From NCBI GenBank assembly GCA_044369655.1, contig JBILWX010000004.1, positions 7,448 to 71,447 on the forward strand: a stretch of 64,000 bases of DNA, read 5' to 3'. The notes beneath the pieces were generated by a model, which saw nothing but the letters and a program-made list of their open reading frames with translations, did no database searches and was not told the DNA's origin. This DNA comes from Pirellulales bacterium (GTDB taxonomy: Bacteria; Planctomycetota; Planctomycetia; Pirellulales; UBA1268). Positions 29,835 through 39,456 of this stretch are shown in pieces (position 1 is the first letter of the stretch; the number at the start of each line of letters is the position of its first letter). A program made the position numbers and the translations under genes.

Positions 29835-32114
29835 GTGACGACTGTCATCGATCCGCCGTCGCCGGCACCCGCCTTCACGGCGCGGCCCGACGCCAGTCTC
29901 GACGTGGCCGCCCTGCAGGCGCTGCTCACGCGGCTCAGACGGCAGACTCGCGGCTGGATCTGGGTGGAGTCGTTGGCCTGGGTTGGGCTTGCGGCGGCGG
30001 CATTCTTCTGGGGATCGCTCGCGATCGACTGGTGCGTGGAGCCTCCGCGGTGGGCGCGGGCCGGACTGCTGGCGGTGGCGGCCGTCGGCCTGGCAATCCT
30101 CGTGGCGCGAAAGCTCGTTGGTCGGCTGTCCGCAGATCTCGGCGATCGGCACCTGGCAGTCGTCGTGGAACGGACGCATCCGTCGTTCCGCGACAGCCTG
30201 TCGACCACGATCGAACTGGCGGCCGGTCCGGCTGCCGACGTGAACCCCGCGCTGCTGGCCCGCACGGCCGCCGAAGCCAGGGCCCACCTCGGGCAGGTGC
30301 GGATGGAGCGGATTTTCCGCCGCCGGCAACTGGCGATGCTGGCCTTCGCGGCGGTCGCCGCCCTGGCGAGCGTCGCCGTGCTCGCGCTGGCCCAGCCCGC
30401 CGTTGCCGGTCTGTGGGTGCGCCGGTTGCCGCTGCTTGGCGACGAACTCTGGCCGCGGCGGGTGCGGCTGGTGATCGAGGATTTTCCCGCGGGCGTGCGA
30501 AAGGTCGCGCGGGGTAGCGACGTCGACGTGATCGTGCGCGCGCAGGCCGAGCGGATGCCGGAACTGGTCGACCTCCGCTGGCGGGTGGCCGCGGCCGAAG
30601 GGGTGGGCCTCGCGGCAGTCAGAGAACCGCGGGGCAACTGGCACACCGACCGCATGGGGGCGCGGGGCGGTGCCACGGCCGACGGCCAGACCTTCGGGCA
30701 CGTGCTGAAGGCGGTCAACGAGACTCTCGATCTGGAGATTCGGGGTGGAGATGCCCGGTTGCGACAGCTGCGGCTGCAGGTGCTCGAACCACCCGCATTG
30801 GAAACGCTCCGCATCACGGCGACACCACCCGCCTATCTGGGAAACGCGCCGCGGGAGATGCCCCCGGCGCGGATCGTGCAGATTCCTCGCGGCTCGGCGG
30901 TGGAGATCGCCTGCACCTGCACGAAGCCGCTCTCTGCCGCGACGATGGTGGCGGTCGCCGGTGGCGGTGGGGCATCGTCCACGGAGACGGTGTTGGCCAC
31001 ACTGCCGGCCGCCGACGCAACCGATGGCTCCGGGCAGCAGGCGGCAGCGGCCCGGACGATCACGGGCCGAATCGCCGAACTCGATGCCGATCGCTCCATC
31101 GTCGTGCGGTTCACCGACACCGACGGGCTCGCGCATCGCGAGCCCGTGACGTTCACGCTCGCCGCCCTTCCGGACGAGCCGCCCCAGGTGGCCATGCGGC
31201 TTCGTGGCATTTCGACTGCCGTCACGCCGCGGGCGCGGGTGCCACTGGTGGGCACGATCTCCGACGACCATGGTTTGGAGGGAGCGGCCGTCCGGCTGAA
31301 GCTGGCGGATGCCGCCGAGACATCCCTGCCGCTGGCCCGCGTGCGCAAGGGGGATGCGGTCGTGGAACTGCCCGCCGAGGCGGCGGAGCTTTTGTCACTC
31401 GAACCGCTCGGCCTTCCGGTCGGCCGCACGGTGGAACTGACTGTGACCGCCACCGACACCTGTACGCTCGCCGGCGGTCCCAACACCGGCACAAGCGATG
31501 TCTGGTCGCTGGCTGTGGTCACGCCGGAGGCACTCGTGGCGATGCTCGAAGCCCGCGAGATCATCCTCCGCCGGCGGTATGAAAGCTGCGTGGCCGATCT
31601 CACGCAGGCCCGCGACGGGTTTGCCGCGCCGCGACGCGTCGGCGGGGCCGAAGACGCGGAGGAGGGTGGGGCGGGTGGCGACCGTGCCGCCGAGGCCGCC
31701 GGTCTTGCCGCCGGTCTGGGTGAGGCCACCTCCCGGGCCATGGGCGAGACCAAGGAGCTTGCCGAAGCCTTCCGGGGCATCCGCCTTGAGTTTGACAACA
31801 ATCAGCTGCTCACGCCGGAGCTCGAGGCCCGGCTCATCGCGCAGATCGCCGATCCTCTCGCGGCGCTGGCCGCGCAGGATCTCCCCGCACTGGCGGCGGC
31901 ATGCCGGGCGGGGCAGAGCCGTGAGGAACTGCTGCGGCGAGCCGACCTGGTGCTGGCCCGGATGCGGGCGGTGCTCGATAAGATGATGGAGCTGGAGTCG
32001 TTCAACGAGGTGCTGGAGCTCCTGCGGGGCATGATCCGCACGCAGGAGCAGATCCGCGCCGAAACGCTCGAGCAACAGAAGCGACGGGCCAGGGAAGCGT
32101 TGGAGCGACCATGA
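29835..32114 (+). CDS. hypothetical double-TM membrane protein of the Bat-like operon
   Basis: GTG start. TM pair WVESLAWVGLAAAAFFWGSLAI and AGLLAVAAVGLAILVA. Coding bias is present. The stop overlaps the next start (ATGA at 32111-32114). Confidence 0.65.
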   Translation: MTTVIDPPSPAPAFTARPDASLDVAALQALLTRLRRQTRGWIWVESLAWVGLAAAAFFWGSLAIDWCVEPPRWARAGLLAVAAVGLAILVARKLVGRLSADLGDRHLAVVVERTHPSFRDSLSTTIELAAGPAADVNPALLARTAAEARAHLGQVRMERIFRRRQLAMLAFAAVAALASVAVLALAQPAVAGLWVRRLPLLGDELWPRRVRLVIEDFPAGVRKVARGSDVDVIVRAQAERMPELVDLRWRVAAAEGVGLAAVREPRGNWHTDRMGARGGATADGQTFGHVLKAVNETLDLEIRGGDARLRQLRLQVLEPPALETLRITATPPAYLGNAPREMPPARIVQIPRGSAVEIACTCTKPLSAATMVAVAGGGGASSTETVLATLPAADATDGSGQQAAAARTITGRIAELDADRSIVVRFTDTDGLAHREPVTFTLAALPDEPPQVAMRLRGISTAVTPRARVPLVGTISDDHGLEGAAVRLKLADAAETSLPLARVRKGDAVVELPAEAAELLSLEPLGLPVGRTVELTVTATDTCTLAGGPNTGTSDVWSLAVVTPEALVAMLEAREIILRRRYESCVADLTQARDGFAAPRRVGGAEDAEEGGAGGDRAAEAAGLAAGLGEATSRAMGETKELAEAFRGIRLEFDNNQLLTPELEARLIAQIADPLAALAAQDLPALAAACRAGQSREELLRRADLVLARMRAVLDKMMELESFNEVLELLRGMIRTQEQIRAETLEQQKRRAREALERP

Positions 32115-33838
32115 GACAGATCCTTCGACCGACCGCCTTCGTGCTCGCGGCGGCGACGTGCCTCGTGTTTCAGGCTCCGCCGCGTGGCACGGCTCGCGCC
32201 GCGGAGGAACCGGCCGCCAAGCCGGTGGTGGACGCTGCGCCGTCGGGGGGCAGTTTGGCCAGCCGTGAGCAGGAGCTCGCACAGCAGTTTCGTGATCTCG
32301 AGAAGACGTTTCTCCGACTGGCCGACCTGCTGGCCCCCAGCGATCCGCGGCGGGCCGCGGTGCTGCGGAGCGTGTTCGAGCAGGCGCGAACCGGGGAGGT
32401 GAGCGGCCGCCTCGACACGATCGTGCAATTGCTGGAGAAGGGGCAGCTTCTCAAGGCGGGTACGAGCCAGGGCAACGCACTCGACAAACTCCGCGAGTTG
32501 CTCGCGCTGCTGGAATCGGGGGATACCGACAAGCGGTTGGCCAGCGAAAAGGAAGAGGTGCGGCAGTTCCTGGGGCGGGTGTCAAAGCTGATCGCCCGAC
32601 AGCGCGACGTGGAGGGATCGACCGAGGCGGGGGCCAAGGAGGCTCAGCTTGCCGAACGCCAGGCGGCGCTTGCCGGGGAGGCAAACGGCCTCGCCGGCGA
32701 CATCGGCAGGTTTGCCAAGCGGATGGAACCAAAGGACGACACCGGCCAGTCGCCGCAAACGGCAGAACAGGAAAACAAATCGGCCACTGAATCGGAGTCG
32801 GGCAAGGAGTCGGGCAAGGAGTCGGGCAAGGAGTCGGGCAAGGAGTCGGGCAAGGAGTCGGGCAAGGAGTCGGGCAAGGAGTCGGGCAAGGAGTCGGGCA
32901 AGGAGTCGGGAAGCGGTGCGGAGCAGGATCAGTCGGCGGAAGACGCCCTGCCACCGGAGGCACTCGATGAACCAGAGAAGGCCCGTGCGCAGGAGGGCGA
33001 CGACGAGGCTTCGCGGGCCCGGCGGACCATGAAACGCCTCGCTGCCGCCGAGCAGCGGATGAGGAAGGCGCAGGAGAAGCTCGACCAAGCCAAGCGGCGC
33101 GATGCCAGGGAGGAACAGGAAAAAGCGATCGAGGAACTGGAAACGGCCCGGGCAGAACTGGAAGAAATCCTCCGTCAGATGCGGGAACAGGAGGTGGAGC
33201 GGCTCCTCGTGCAGTTGGAAACGAGGTTGCGGACCATGCTTCGCGCCCAACGGGCCGTGCTCGCCGGGGTTGAGAAACTGGCCGCCGAGGCACAGTCGCA
33301 GGCGGATCGGGAGCGGCAACTCGAGGCGGTGCGGCTGTCACGGGAGCAGAATGTCATCGGGAGCGATGCGGCCAAGGCGCTGACTCTGGTGCGGGACGAT
33401 GGCTCGGCGGTGGCGATTCCCGAGGCGCTCGAACAGGTCCGCGACGATTCGGGGCAGGCGGCTGTCCGGCTTGCCCGGGGGGACGTGGGCGGCACGACCC
33501 GTGGCATCCTGCAGGATCTGGTCACCAGCCTCGAGGAAATGATCGCTGCGCTGGAGAAGGCGCAGCGGGAGCAACAGGCGCGGCAGCAGGGGAATCAGGG
33601 CGGGCGTCCGGCCGAACCCGGCGAGCAACCGCTGGTCGACAAGCTGGCCGAGCTCAAGATGATCCGCTCGTTGCAGATGCGGGTGAACTCCCGCACGAAG
33701 CGGTTTTCCAAGCTGCTGGTCGACGGTGCGGAACAGGCGGAGGAGCCGGAGCTGCTCGACGCGCTGGAGCGGCTGGCGGAACGCCAGCGAAAAATCGAGC
33801 GGGCGGCCCACGACATCGTCACCGGCCGCACGGAGTGA
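32111..33838 (+). CDS. secreted acidic coiled-coil protein with (ESGK)n repeat
   Basis: Signal-like N-terminus MRQILRPTAFVLAAATCLVFQA. Long E/R/Q/A-rich heptad-like stretches. ESGK x9. No recognisable domain. Confidence 0.65.
   Translation: MRQILRPTAFVLAAATCLVFQAPPRGTARAAEEPAAKPVVDAAPSGGSLASREQELAQQFRDLEKTFLRLADLLAPSDPRRAAVLRSVFEQARTGEVSGRLDTIVQLLEKGQLLKAGTSQGNALDKLRELLALLESGDTDKRLASEKEEVRQFLGRVSKLIARQRDVEGSTEAGAKEAQLAERQAALAGEANGLAGDIGRFAKRMEPKDDTGQSPQTAEQENKSATESESGKESGKESGKESGKESGKESGKESGKESGKESGKESGSGAEQDQSAEDALPPEALDEPEKARAQEGDDEASRARRTMKRLAAAEQRMRKAQEKLDQAKRRDAREEQEKAIEELETARAELEEILRQMREQEVERLLVQLETRLRTMLRAQRAVLAGVEKLAAEAQSQADRERQLEAVRLSREQNVIGSDAAKALTLVRDDGSAVAIPEALEQVRDDSGQAAVRLARGDVGGTTRGILQDLVTSLEEMIAALEKAQREQQARQQGNQGGRPAEPGEQPLVDKLAELKMIRSLQMRVNSRTKRFSKLLVDGAEQAEEPELLDALERLAERQRKIERAAHDIVTGRTE
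32795..32910 (+). repeat. in-frame 12-bp tandem repeat GAGTCGGGCAAG, 9 perfect units plus 1 partial
   Basis: Read directly from the sequence. It encodes ESGKESGK... inside CDS 32111-33838. Confidence 0.95.
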
Positions 33839-33856
33839 GGCCGGCAGCGGCTCGAA

Positions 33857-33892
33857 CAGCAGCTCTGGCAACAGCTCTGGCAACAGCTCTGG
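33857..33892 (+). repeat. intergenic 12-bp tandem repeat (CAGCAGCTCTGG, then CAACAGCTCTGG x2)
   Basis: Read directly from the sequence. It lies in the 180-nt gap between CDS 32111-33838 and 34019-35146. Confidence 0.85.
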
Positions 33893-34018
33893 GAGCGGCT
33901 GTCATAGCTCCTTCAGCCCTTTTTTCGCTCGGTCGGCAGCGTGCGGATATGATGGAGGGATATGATCCACGTCGTTCGTATCGCCGGCACGTCGACAGCC
34001 TTTGGAGGCCAGATTCGC

Positions 34019-35146
34019 ATGAAGTCGAGCCTGATTCCGCTGGCAGTGGTGGCCCTGCTGGTCGCCTGCGGTCAGGGCGTGATGGCCGCGCCGCTGCGAG
34101 AGCAGACGAACGTTGCCGGAGGGGATCAGGACCGGCAGCCGTCCGATTTGGACCGGCCGCCATCCTGGTCGATTCCTTCCCGCGCCGACCTGCGCCGCCG
34201 GATGATCGACTGGCTCGATAGAGTTGCTGCGTCCGGCACGTCGGCGGAGGCCGCCATCAGCTCGGCGCGGGAAGATTGGCCCGAGCAAGAGCCGGCCGAG
34301 TCCGCGGCTGATCTGCTCGATCACGTGATGGACTCCTTCTCGCGGGTCGATCCCCGCTGCGCCGCGCTGCAGCGCGGCGTCGTCGCGGAACGGGGGGCGG
34401 CCGGAGCGGCCCCGGTCGACGTGGGCTGGCTGACGGACACCTCCCTCGCCGCGTTCCAGCGGGATGCCGTCCGGTTGTGGCTGGGGCGGGAACGGGTCCG
34501 TCGTGACCGTTTCGACGAGGGGCTCGCCCTGCTGGCCGATCTCGACCCCGCCACGGCGGTCGATCCCGCCGCACTCCTTTTCCACCGCGCCGCCTGTCAG
34601 CACTGGCTGCTCGAGTCGGATCTCGCCGTCGAGACGCTCGACCGATTGCTGGAACGTTCCGGCGAGATTCCGGTGCGATACGAGCGGGTGGCGCGGCTGT
34701 TGCGCGCCGATATCGCGGCGCTCGAGGACGAATCGCTGGATCACATCGCGAGACGGATGCGCGACATCACCCGTCGCCTCGATCTCGGCCGTGCCGGCCC
34801 GAAGACGTTGGCGGTGCAGGATGGCGTGATCGAATCGCTCGACAAGATGATCAAGGCGATCGAGCAACAACAACAGCAGCAACAGAGCCAGTCGGCGAGC
34901 GGCGGCGCCGGCGGCGGCGGCCGCGGTGGCAACGGCACGCCGATGGACGACAGCCGGATCGCGGGTGGCAAGGGGCCGGGCGAGGTCACGAAGCGTGACA
35001 TTGGCGAGTCTGACGGTTGGGGCAAACTGCCGCCTCACAAACGCGAGGAGGCGCTGCAGCAGATCGGCCGGGAGTTTCCGGCCCACTACCGTGAGGCGAT
35101 CGAACAGTATTTCAAACGGCTGGCCTCCGGCGAGGAGAAACGGTAG
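34019..35146 (+). CDS. hypothetical secreted protein (poly-Gln/Gly linker)
   Basis: Signal peptide MKSSLIPLAVVALLVACGQGVMA. EQQQQQQQSQSASGGAGGGGRGG linker. Tail is GWGKLPPHKREEALQQIGREFPAHYREAIEQYFKRLA. Confidence 0.6.
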   Translation: MKSSLIPLAVVALLVACGQGVMAAPLREQTNVAGGDQDRQPSDLDRPPSWSIPSRADLRRRMIDWLDRVAASGTSAEAAISSAREDWPEQEPAESAADLLDHVMDSFSRVDPRCAALQRGVVAERGAAGAAPVDVGWLTDTSLAAFQRDAVRLWLGRERVRRDRFDEGLALLADLDPATAVDPAALLFHRAACQHWLLESDLAVETLDRLLERSGEIPVRYERVARLLRADIAALEDESLDHIARRMRDITRRLDLGRAGPKTLAVQDGVIESLDKMIKAIEQQQQQQQSQSASGGAGGGGRGGNGTPMDDSRIAGGKGPGEVTKRDIGESDGWGKLPPHKREEALQQIGREFPAHYREAIEQYFKRLASGEEKR

Positions 35147-36438
35147 TGCGGATCACGCTGTGTGTCACGCTGTCGATCGCTGCCATGCTTCCGGCTCGCG
35201 CCGGTGAAACCCAGCCGCCCGCTCCCATGCTCGTGGAAGTGGAACAGGGGGACGGCAGTCGCATGACGGGCCGGCTCGAGCAGATCGACGCGGCGGCGGT
35301 GCGCCTGGTCGACGACGCCGCTGGTGGCGGAACCCCGGTGTCGCTTGCGGGCGACCGAGTGCGGGCCGTGCAGCGGACCAATCGGGTGCAGGATGGCCCG
35401 CAGAAACTCGTGCTCACGCTCCTCGACGGGTCGTCCCTCGCGGGCGACGACTTTGCCTGGGATGGCGAACAGGCGGCGGTGCTCGTGCGGCCGGAGGGGC
35501 GGGTCGAACTGCCCATCGGCCGCGTCCGGTCGATCGCGTGGCGGCGCGAGGCCGCGACAGGCGACGCACCACCGGCTTGGCTGGGCACCCTGCCGGAGGG
35601 CACGGAGAGCGACCTGGTCGTGGTCGGAACCGACGAGAACCCCGAGTTCGTGGAGTGTGCCATCACGGGCGTGTCGGCCGAGAACGTGACGGTGGTGCTC
35701 GACGAGGAAACGATTCCTGTCAAGCGATCCAAGGTGATCGGCTTGCAGTGGCTGCGAGGTGAGCCGACCGCCGCCGAAGGCAAGACGGGGCGAACGCTCG
35801 TGGCCGTGACCGGGGGCGGGCTGCGGGCCAGCCGCGTGGACTGGTCGCCTGCCGGTCTCGTCGTCGATGGCGAGATCCGTCTGCCGGCCGGCATGTTGCT
35901 CGGCGTCGACTATGCCTCGGGCAGAACCGTGGGGCTCGCCAGTCTCAAGGCGGACACGGTGGTGGTGGAGCCGTGGTTTGGCGGGCTGGTCCGCACCGTC
36001 GGCGGCGCCGGCGGGCTGGCGACGTTTTTTGCACCGCGGTCGCTCGATCCCAAACCAGAAGCGGAGGCCCCGGCAGCGGGCGGCCGGGCGACGACCGCCG
36101 CCACGACCACGCCGGGCATCATCATGCGGCCACGGACCGTGGCTGTCTGGCGCTTGCCCGCCGACAGTCGGCGGTTTCGCACGGTCGTCGCGGCAGCGGC
36201 CGGACCGCAGGCCGCCGACCCCGTGGTGGTCGCCGTGGCGGTCGATGACCGCGAACTGTTCCGACGACAGCTCGGCGGCGCGGAGGGCTCTGCCGGCGGT
36301 CCGGAGCCGGATGGCGAGGGCATCCCGATCGATGTCGACCTGACGTCGGCACGGCGTCTGACCGTGACGGTTGATTTTGTGCCGGGCAACGGCGTGGGAG
36401 GAGCAGTACGGTTCACGAGCCCGGTTATCGAACGCTAG
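35146..36438 (+). CDS. hypothetical secreted protein, possible NPCBM-like C-terminal beta-sandwich
   Basis: The GTG start overlaps the previous stop (TAGTG). Signal-like N-terminus MRITLCVTLSIAAMLPARA. C-terminus has VVVAVAVDDRELF...IDVDLTSARRLTVTVDF...GGAVRFTSPVI. The domain call is tentative. Confidence 0.55.
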   Translation: MRITLCVTLSIAAMLPARAGETQPPAPMLVEVEQGDGSRMTGRLEQIDAAAVRLVDDAAGGGTPVSLAGDRVRAVQRTNRVQDGPQKLVLTLLDGSSLAGDDFAWDGEQAAVLVRPEGRVELPIGRVRSIAWRREAATGDAPPAWLGTLPEGTESDLVVVGTDENPEFVECAITGVSAENVTVVLDEETIPVKRSKVIGLQWLRGEPTAAEGKTGRTLVAVTGGGLRASRVDWSPAGLVVDGEIRLPAGMLLGVDYASGRTVGLASLKADTVVVEPWFGGLVRTVGGAGGLATFFAPRSLDPKPEAEAPAAGGRATTAATTTPGIIMRPRTVAVWRLPADSRRFRTVVAAAAGPQAADPVVVAVAVDDRELFRRQLGGAEGSAGGPEPDGEGIPIDVDLTSARRLTVTVDFVPGNGVGGAVRFTSPVIER

Positions 36439-36457
36439 AGGGCAGAGGGCAGCTTTC

Positions 36458-38425
36458 ATGAACGGCATGAACCAGCCACCGACTTCCCGACGTATCGACT
36501 CAGCGTCGCGGCCACGTCGGCTGTCCGCTGCCGCAGCCTGCTGGGTGTGCCTGATAGCAGTTGCCACCTCGACGGCCATGGCGGTCGAGGTCGCGCCGGC
36601 GGTGCTCGATGCGCAGCAGCGGCGGATCGACGTCATGCAGCGGGCCGCGGCCACGGCGGTGGCGATCTTTGCAGGAGAGGCCGGAGGCGGTTCGGGCGTG
36701 CTCATCAGTCCCGACGGGTACGCCCTCACCAATTTCCACGTCGTGCAACCGGCCGGCGTGGCCATGAAGTGCGGACTGGCCGACGGTCGGCTCTATGACG
36801 CGGTGCTCGTCGGCCTCGATCCGACCGGGGACGTCGCGCTTGTCAAGCTCTTGGGACGCGACGATTTTCCCTCCGCCGAACTGGCCGACAGCGACGAGGT
36901 CGAGGTCGGTGACTTCTGCTTCGCTGCCGGCAACCCCTTTCTGCTCGCGACCGATTTCCAGCCGTCGATCAGCGCCGGCATCGTGTCGGGCACGAGACGC
37001 TACCAGTTTCCGGCCGGCACGATCCTCGAATACGCCGACTGCCTGCAGGTCGATGCGGCGATCAACCCGGGCAACTCCGGGGGCGGTTTGTTCGATGCGC
37101 GGGGCAGGATCATTGGCGTCAACGGCAGGGCATCGTTCGAGAAACGTGGTCGCGTCAACGTCGGCGTGGGCTACGCGATTTCAGCCAACCAACTGCGGAA
37201 CTTTCTCGGCCTGCTCAAGGGGGGGCGGCTCGTCGACCACGCCACGCTCGGCGCCACGGTCGCCACCAGCGCCGATGGTCGCGTGGTCGTGTCGGACATC
37301 CTCGAATCGTCGGACGCCTGGAAACGTGGGCTGCGGTATGACGACGAAATCGTGTCGCTGGCGGGACGCAGTGTTCGCACCGTCAACGCCTTCAAGAACG
37401 TCCTGGGCACGCTGCCTGCCGGCTGGCGGGTGCCGCTGGTGTATCGCCGCGGCGGCCGCCGCGAGGAGATTCTGGTCCGGCTGGCGGGGGTGCACACGGC
37501 CGCGGAACTGGCGAACATCGTCGCCGGAAAGCCGCAGAAGCCGACGGGCCAGCTGCCGGAGGAGGGGCCCGCCCCGGGCGACGGTGGCGGCCCCGACAAA
37601 GGCGATCGCCCCGCTCGGCCGCCGGAAACGCCCGCAGACGCACCACTGCCCGCTGCCGTCCGGCCGCTGTACGAGGCCAGACGAGGCTTCACGAACCACC
37701 ACTTCAACATCGTGGAACGTGACCGCGTGGCCCGGTTGATCGCCGCCGACGGCCGCGCTGCGTCGTTGCAGGGCCGTTGGATCATGACGGGCCGGTTGGC
37801 GACGGGCGAAGCATTTCGCATCGAACTCTCCGACAGCGAGGGGGTGATCGATCTTCCGACCGGAACGACCCGGGTCGATGCCACGGGCGAACTGGATGCG
37901 AATCCGAACCCTCCCGGCAGTGGCGGCATGCTGGCGGCACTGTTGCTGTGGAGACGGCTGGTGCGGGAGGGACCGGAGTCTCTGGGCCGCACGACCTACT
38001 GGGGTACGGTGCCGCTCGACCCACGCTCGCTCGGTGAGGCGGGTGGGCCACGACTCGTGGACATGCTCGAAACATCGGTCGCAGGCGTCGAGGCTCGCTT
38101 TGCCGTGGAGGCCGACGGGAGCGTGGCGGGTGTCGAACTGTGGACCGCCCCCGATGCCGACCCCTGCGAGGTCCGCTTTCGCGCAGCGCCGGCGGATCGG
38201 CCCGAGACTCGGCGCCAAACTCGGCCTCAGGATCTGCCCCGGAATGCACCGCAGGGCATGCCCGCCTCGATCGAAGTGCGGCATGGCAACGACGTCTTCG
38301 GGGTGTTCAACGTGGAGGGTGTGGTGTTGGATCGGGACGGAGATGACGCAGGCGGCGACGCTGCCAAGGCGCGGGCAGTGGCTCCCGAAACGGAGGCCGG
38401 GACATTGCCAGGAGGCGCTCCATGA
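36458..38425 (+). CDS. HtrA/DegP-like trypsin-fold serine protease with PDZ domain (catalytic triad intact)
   Basis: His in LTNFHVV, Asp in GDVALVKL, and Ser in NPGNSGGGLFD (Ser codon TCC at 37076-37078). A PDZ-like VVSDILESSDAWKRGLRYDDEIVSLAG follows, then an extra C-terminal region of about 270 aa. Confidence 0.85.
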   Translation: MNGMNQPPTSRRIDSASRPRRLSAAAACWVCLIAVATSTAMAVEVAPAVLDAQQRRIDVMQRAAATAVAIFAGEAGGGSGVLISPDGYALTNFHVVQPAGVAMKCGLADGRLYDAVLVGLDPTGDVALVKLLGRDDFPSAELADSDEVEVGDFCFAAGNPFLLATDFQPSISAGIVSGTRRYQFPAGTILEYADCLQVDAAINPGNSGGGLFDARGRIIGVNGRASFEKRGRVNVGVGYAISANQLRNFLGLLKGGRLVDHATLGATVATSADGRVVVSDILESSDAWKRGLRYDDEIVSLAGRSVRTVNAFKNVLGTLPAGWRVPLVYRRGGRREEILVRLAGVHTAAELANIVAGKPQKPTGQLPEEGPAPGDGGGPDKGDRPARPPETPADAPLPAAVRPLYEARRGFTNHHFNIVERDRVARLIAADGRAASLQGRWIMTGRLATGEAFRIELSDSEGVIDLPTGTTRVDATGELDANPNPPGSGGMLAALLLWRRLVREGPESLGRTTYWGTVPLDPRSLGEAGGPRLVDMLETSVAGVEARFAVEADGSVAGVELWTAPDADPCEVRFRAAPADRPETRRQTRPQDLPRNAPQGMPASIEVRHGNDVFGVFNVEGVVLDRDGDDAGGDAAKARAVAPETEAGTLPGGAP

Positions 38426-39456
38426 TCCGACATGCTGTTGCCATGGTGGCGATCGGCTTCGCCGTCAGCGGCTGGTTCACCGGCGGTGCAGGGCAGGTGG
38501 AAGCCGCAACGCCGCAGGAAACGATCGCGGGAGCGGCGCGGAAGATGGTCAAGATCCACGGCGCCGGCGGGGTGCGCGGTCTCGAGGCCTACCAGACCGG
38601 CATGCTCGTGTCTCCGGCAGGCCATATCGTCACCGTGATGAGCACCGTCCTCGATGCCGACGAACTCGATTGTGTGCTCGATGACGGTCGGCGGTATCGC
38701 GCCACGATGGTCGGTGCGGATCCGCGTCGCGCATTGGCCGTGCTCTCGATCGAGGGGGAGGAGTTGCCGGCGTTCACGCTCGCCGCCGGTGAGCCCGTGC
38801 CGGTCGGAACGAGGATCTTCGCCCTCTCGAATCTGTTCGGCGTCGCGGTGGGAGATGAGCGGGTCAGCGCCCAGCATGGTGTGGTGTCCGCGATGGTGCC
38901 GCTCGAGGCCCGCAGGGGCAGCTACGAGGTGCCCTATCGCGGCGACGTCTACATCCTCGACTGCACGACCAACAATCCAGGGGCGCCCGGAGGGGCGGTC
39001 GTCGACTGGCGGGGCCGCCTCGTCGGCATGCTCGGCAAGGAACTGCGGGCGTCCGAGAGCGGCATCTGGCTCAACTACGCCATTCCCGTGGAGGCGCTGG
39101 CCGCCGGCTACGCCGAGATCATCGCGGGTAAGGCGACTGCCGACGCCAGCCCGCAGCCGCCGGGTGCGGGCTTCGATCCGGCGGCGCTCGGCATGGTGCT
39201 GGTGCCCGATCTGCTCGATCGCACACCTCCCTTCATCGAGACGGTCGCCGCCGACTCGCCGGCGGCGCGGGCCGGCCTGCGGCCCGACGATCTCGTGATT
39301 GCCGTGGGGGGGAGGTCGGTGGCCTCGCGAGCGGCCGTGCAGCAGGCGCTCTCGGCACTCGCCGCGGGGGATTTGGTGCGGCTTTCGATCGTCCGCGATG
39401 GGGCGATCATGGAATGCGAACTCGGGCCGCGGCCCGAGGCGGGGAGGAAGCGATGA
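38422..39456 (+). CDS. HtrA-like pseudoprotease with PDZ domain (all three triad residues substituted)
   Basis: Same fold pattern, but VTVMSTV replaces the His box, RALAVLSI the Asp box, and NPGAPGGAVVD the Ser box (CCC Pro at 38986-38988). PDZ-like FIETVAADSPAARAGLRPDDLVIAVGG. ATGA overlap with the upstream gene. Confidence 0.75.
   Translation: MIRHAVAMVAIGFAVSGWFTGGAGQVEAATPQETIAGAARKMVKIHGAGGVRGLEAYQTGMLVSPAGHIVTVMSTVLDADELDCVLDDGRRYRATMVGADPRRALAVLSIEGEELPAFTLAAGEPVPVGTRIFALSNLFGVAVGDERVSAQHGVVSAMVPLEARRGSYEVPYRGDVYILDCTTNNPGAPGGAVVDWRGRLVGMLGKELRASESGIWLNYAIPVEALAAGYAEIIAGKATADASPQPPGAGFDPAALGMVLVPDLLDRTPPFIETVAADSPAARAGLRPDDLVIAVGGRSVASRAAVQQALSALAAGDLVRLSIVRDGAIMECELGPRPEAGRKR

Noticed and set aside
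30639-30655. Other TGGCAC occurrences as additional sigma-54 promoters, for example here and near 8652, 12307, 22628 and 61005.
   Set aside because: All lie inside coding regions and lack a TTGC element at the required 4-5 nt spacing.
32795-32910. A possible CRISPR array, suggested by the regularly spaced short repeats. The same question applies to 52948-53004.
   Set aside because: The units are directly adjacent with no spacers and only 12 and 19 bp long. One set is in frame inside a CDS. No cas genes are present in the window.
33835-34221. A 128-aa ORF spanning the gap after the coiled-coil gene.
   Set aside because: It is Ala/Arg-rich, runs through the 12-bp intergenic repeat, and overlaps the signal-peptide start of the next gene in another frame. 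It has no SD and no motif.
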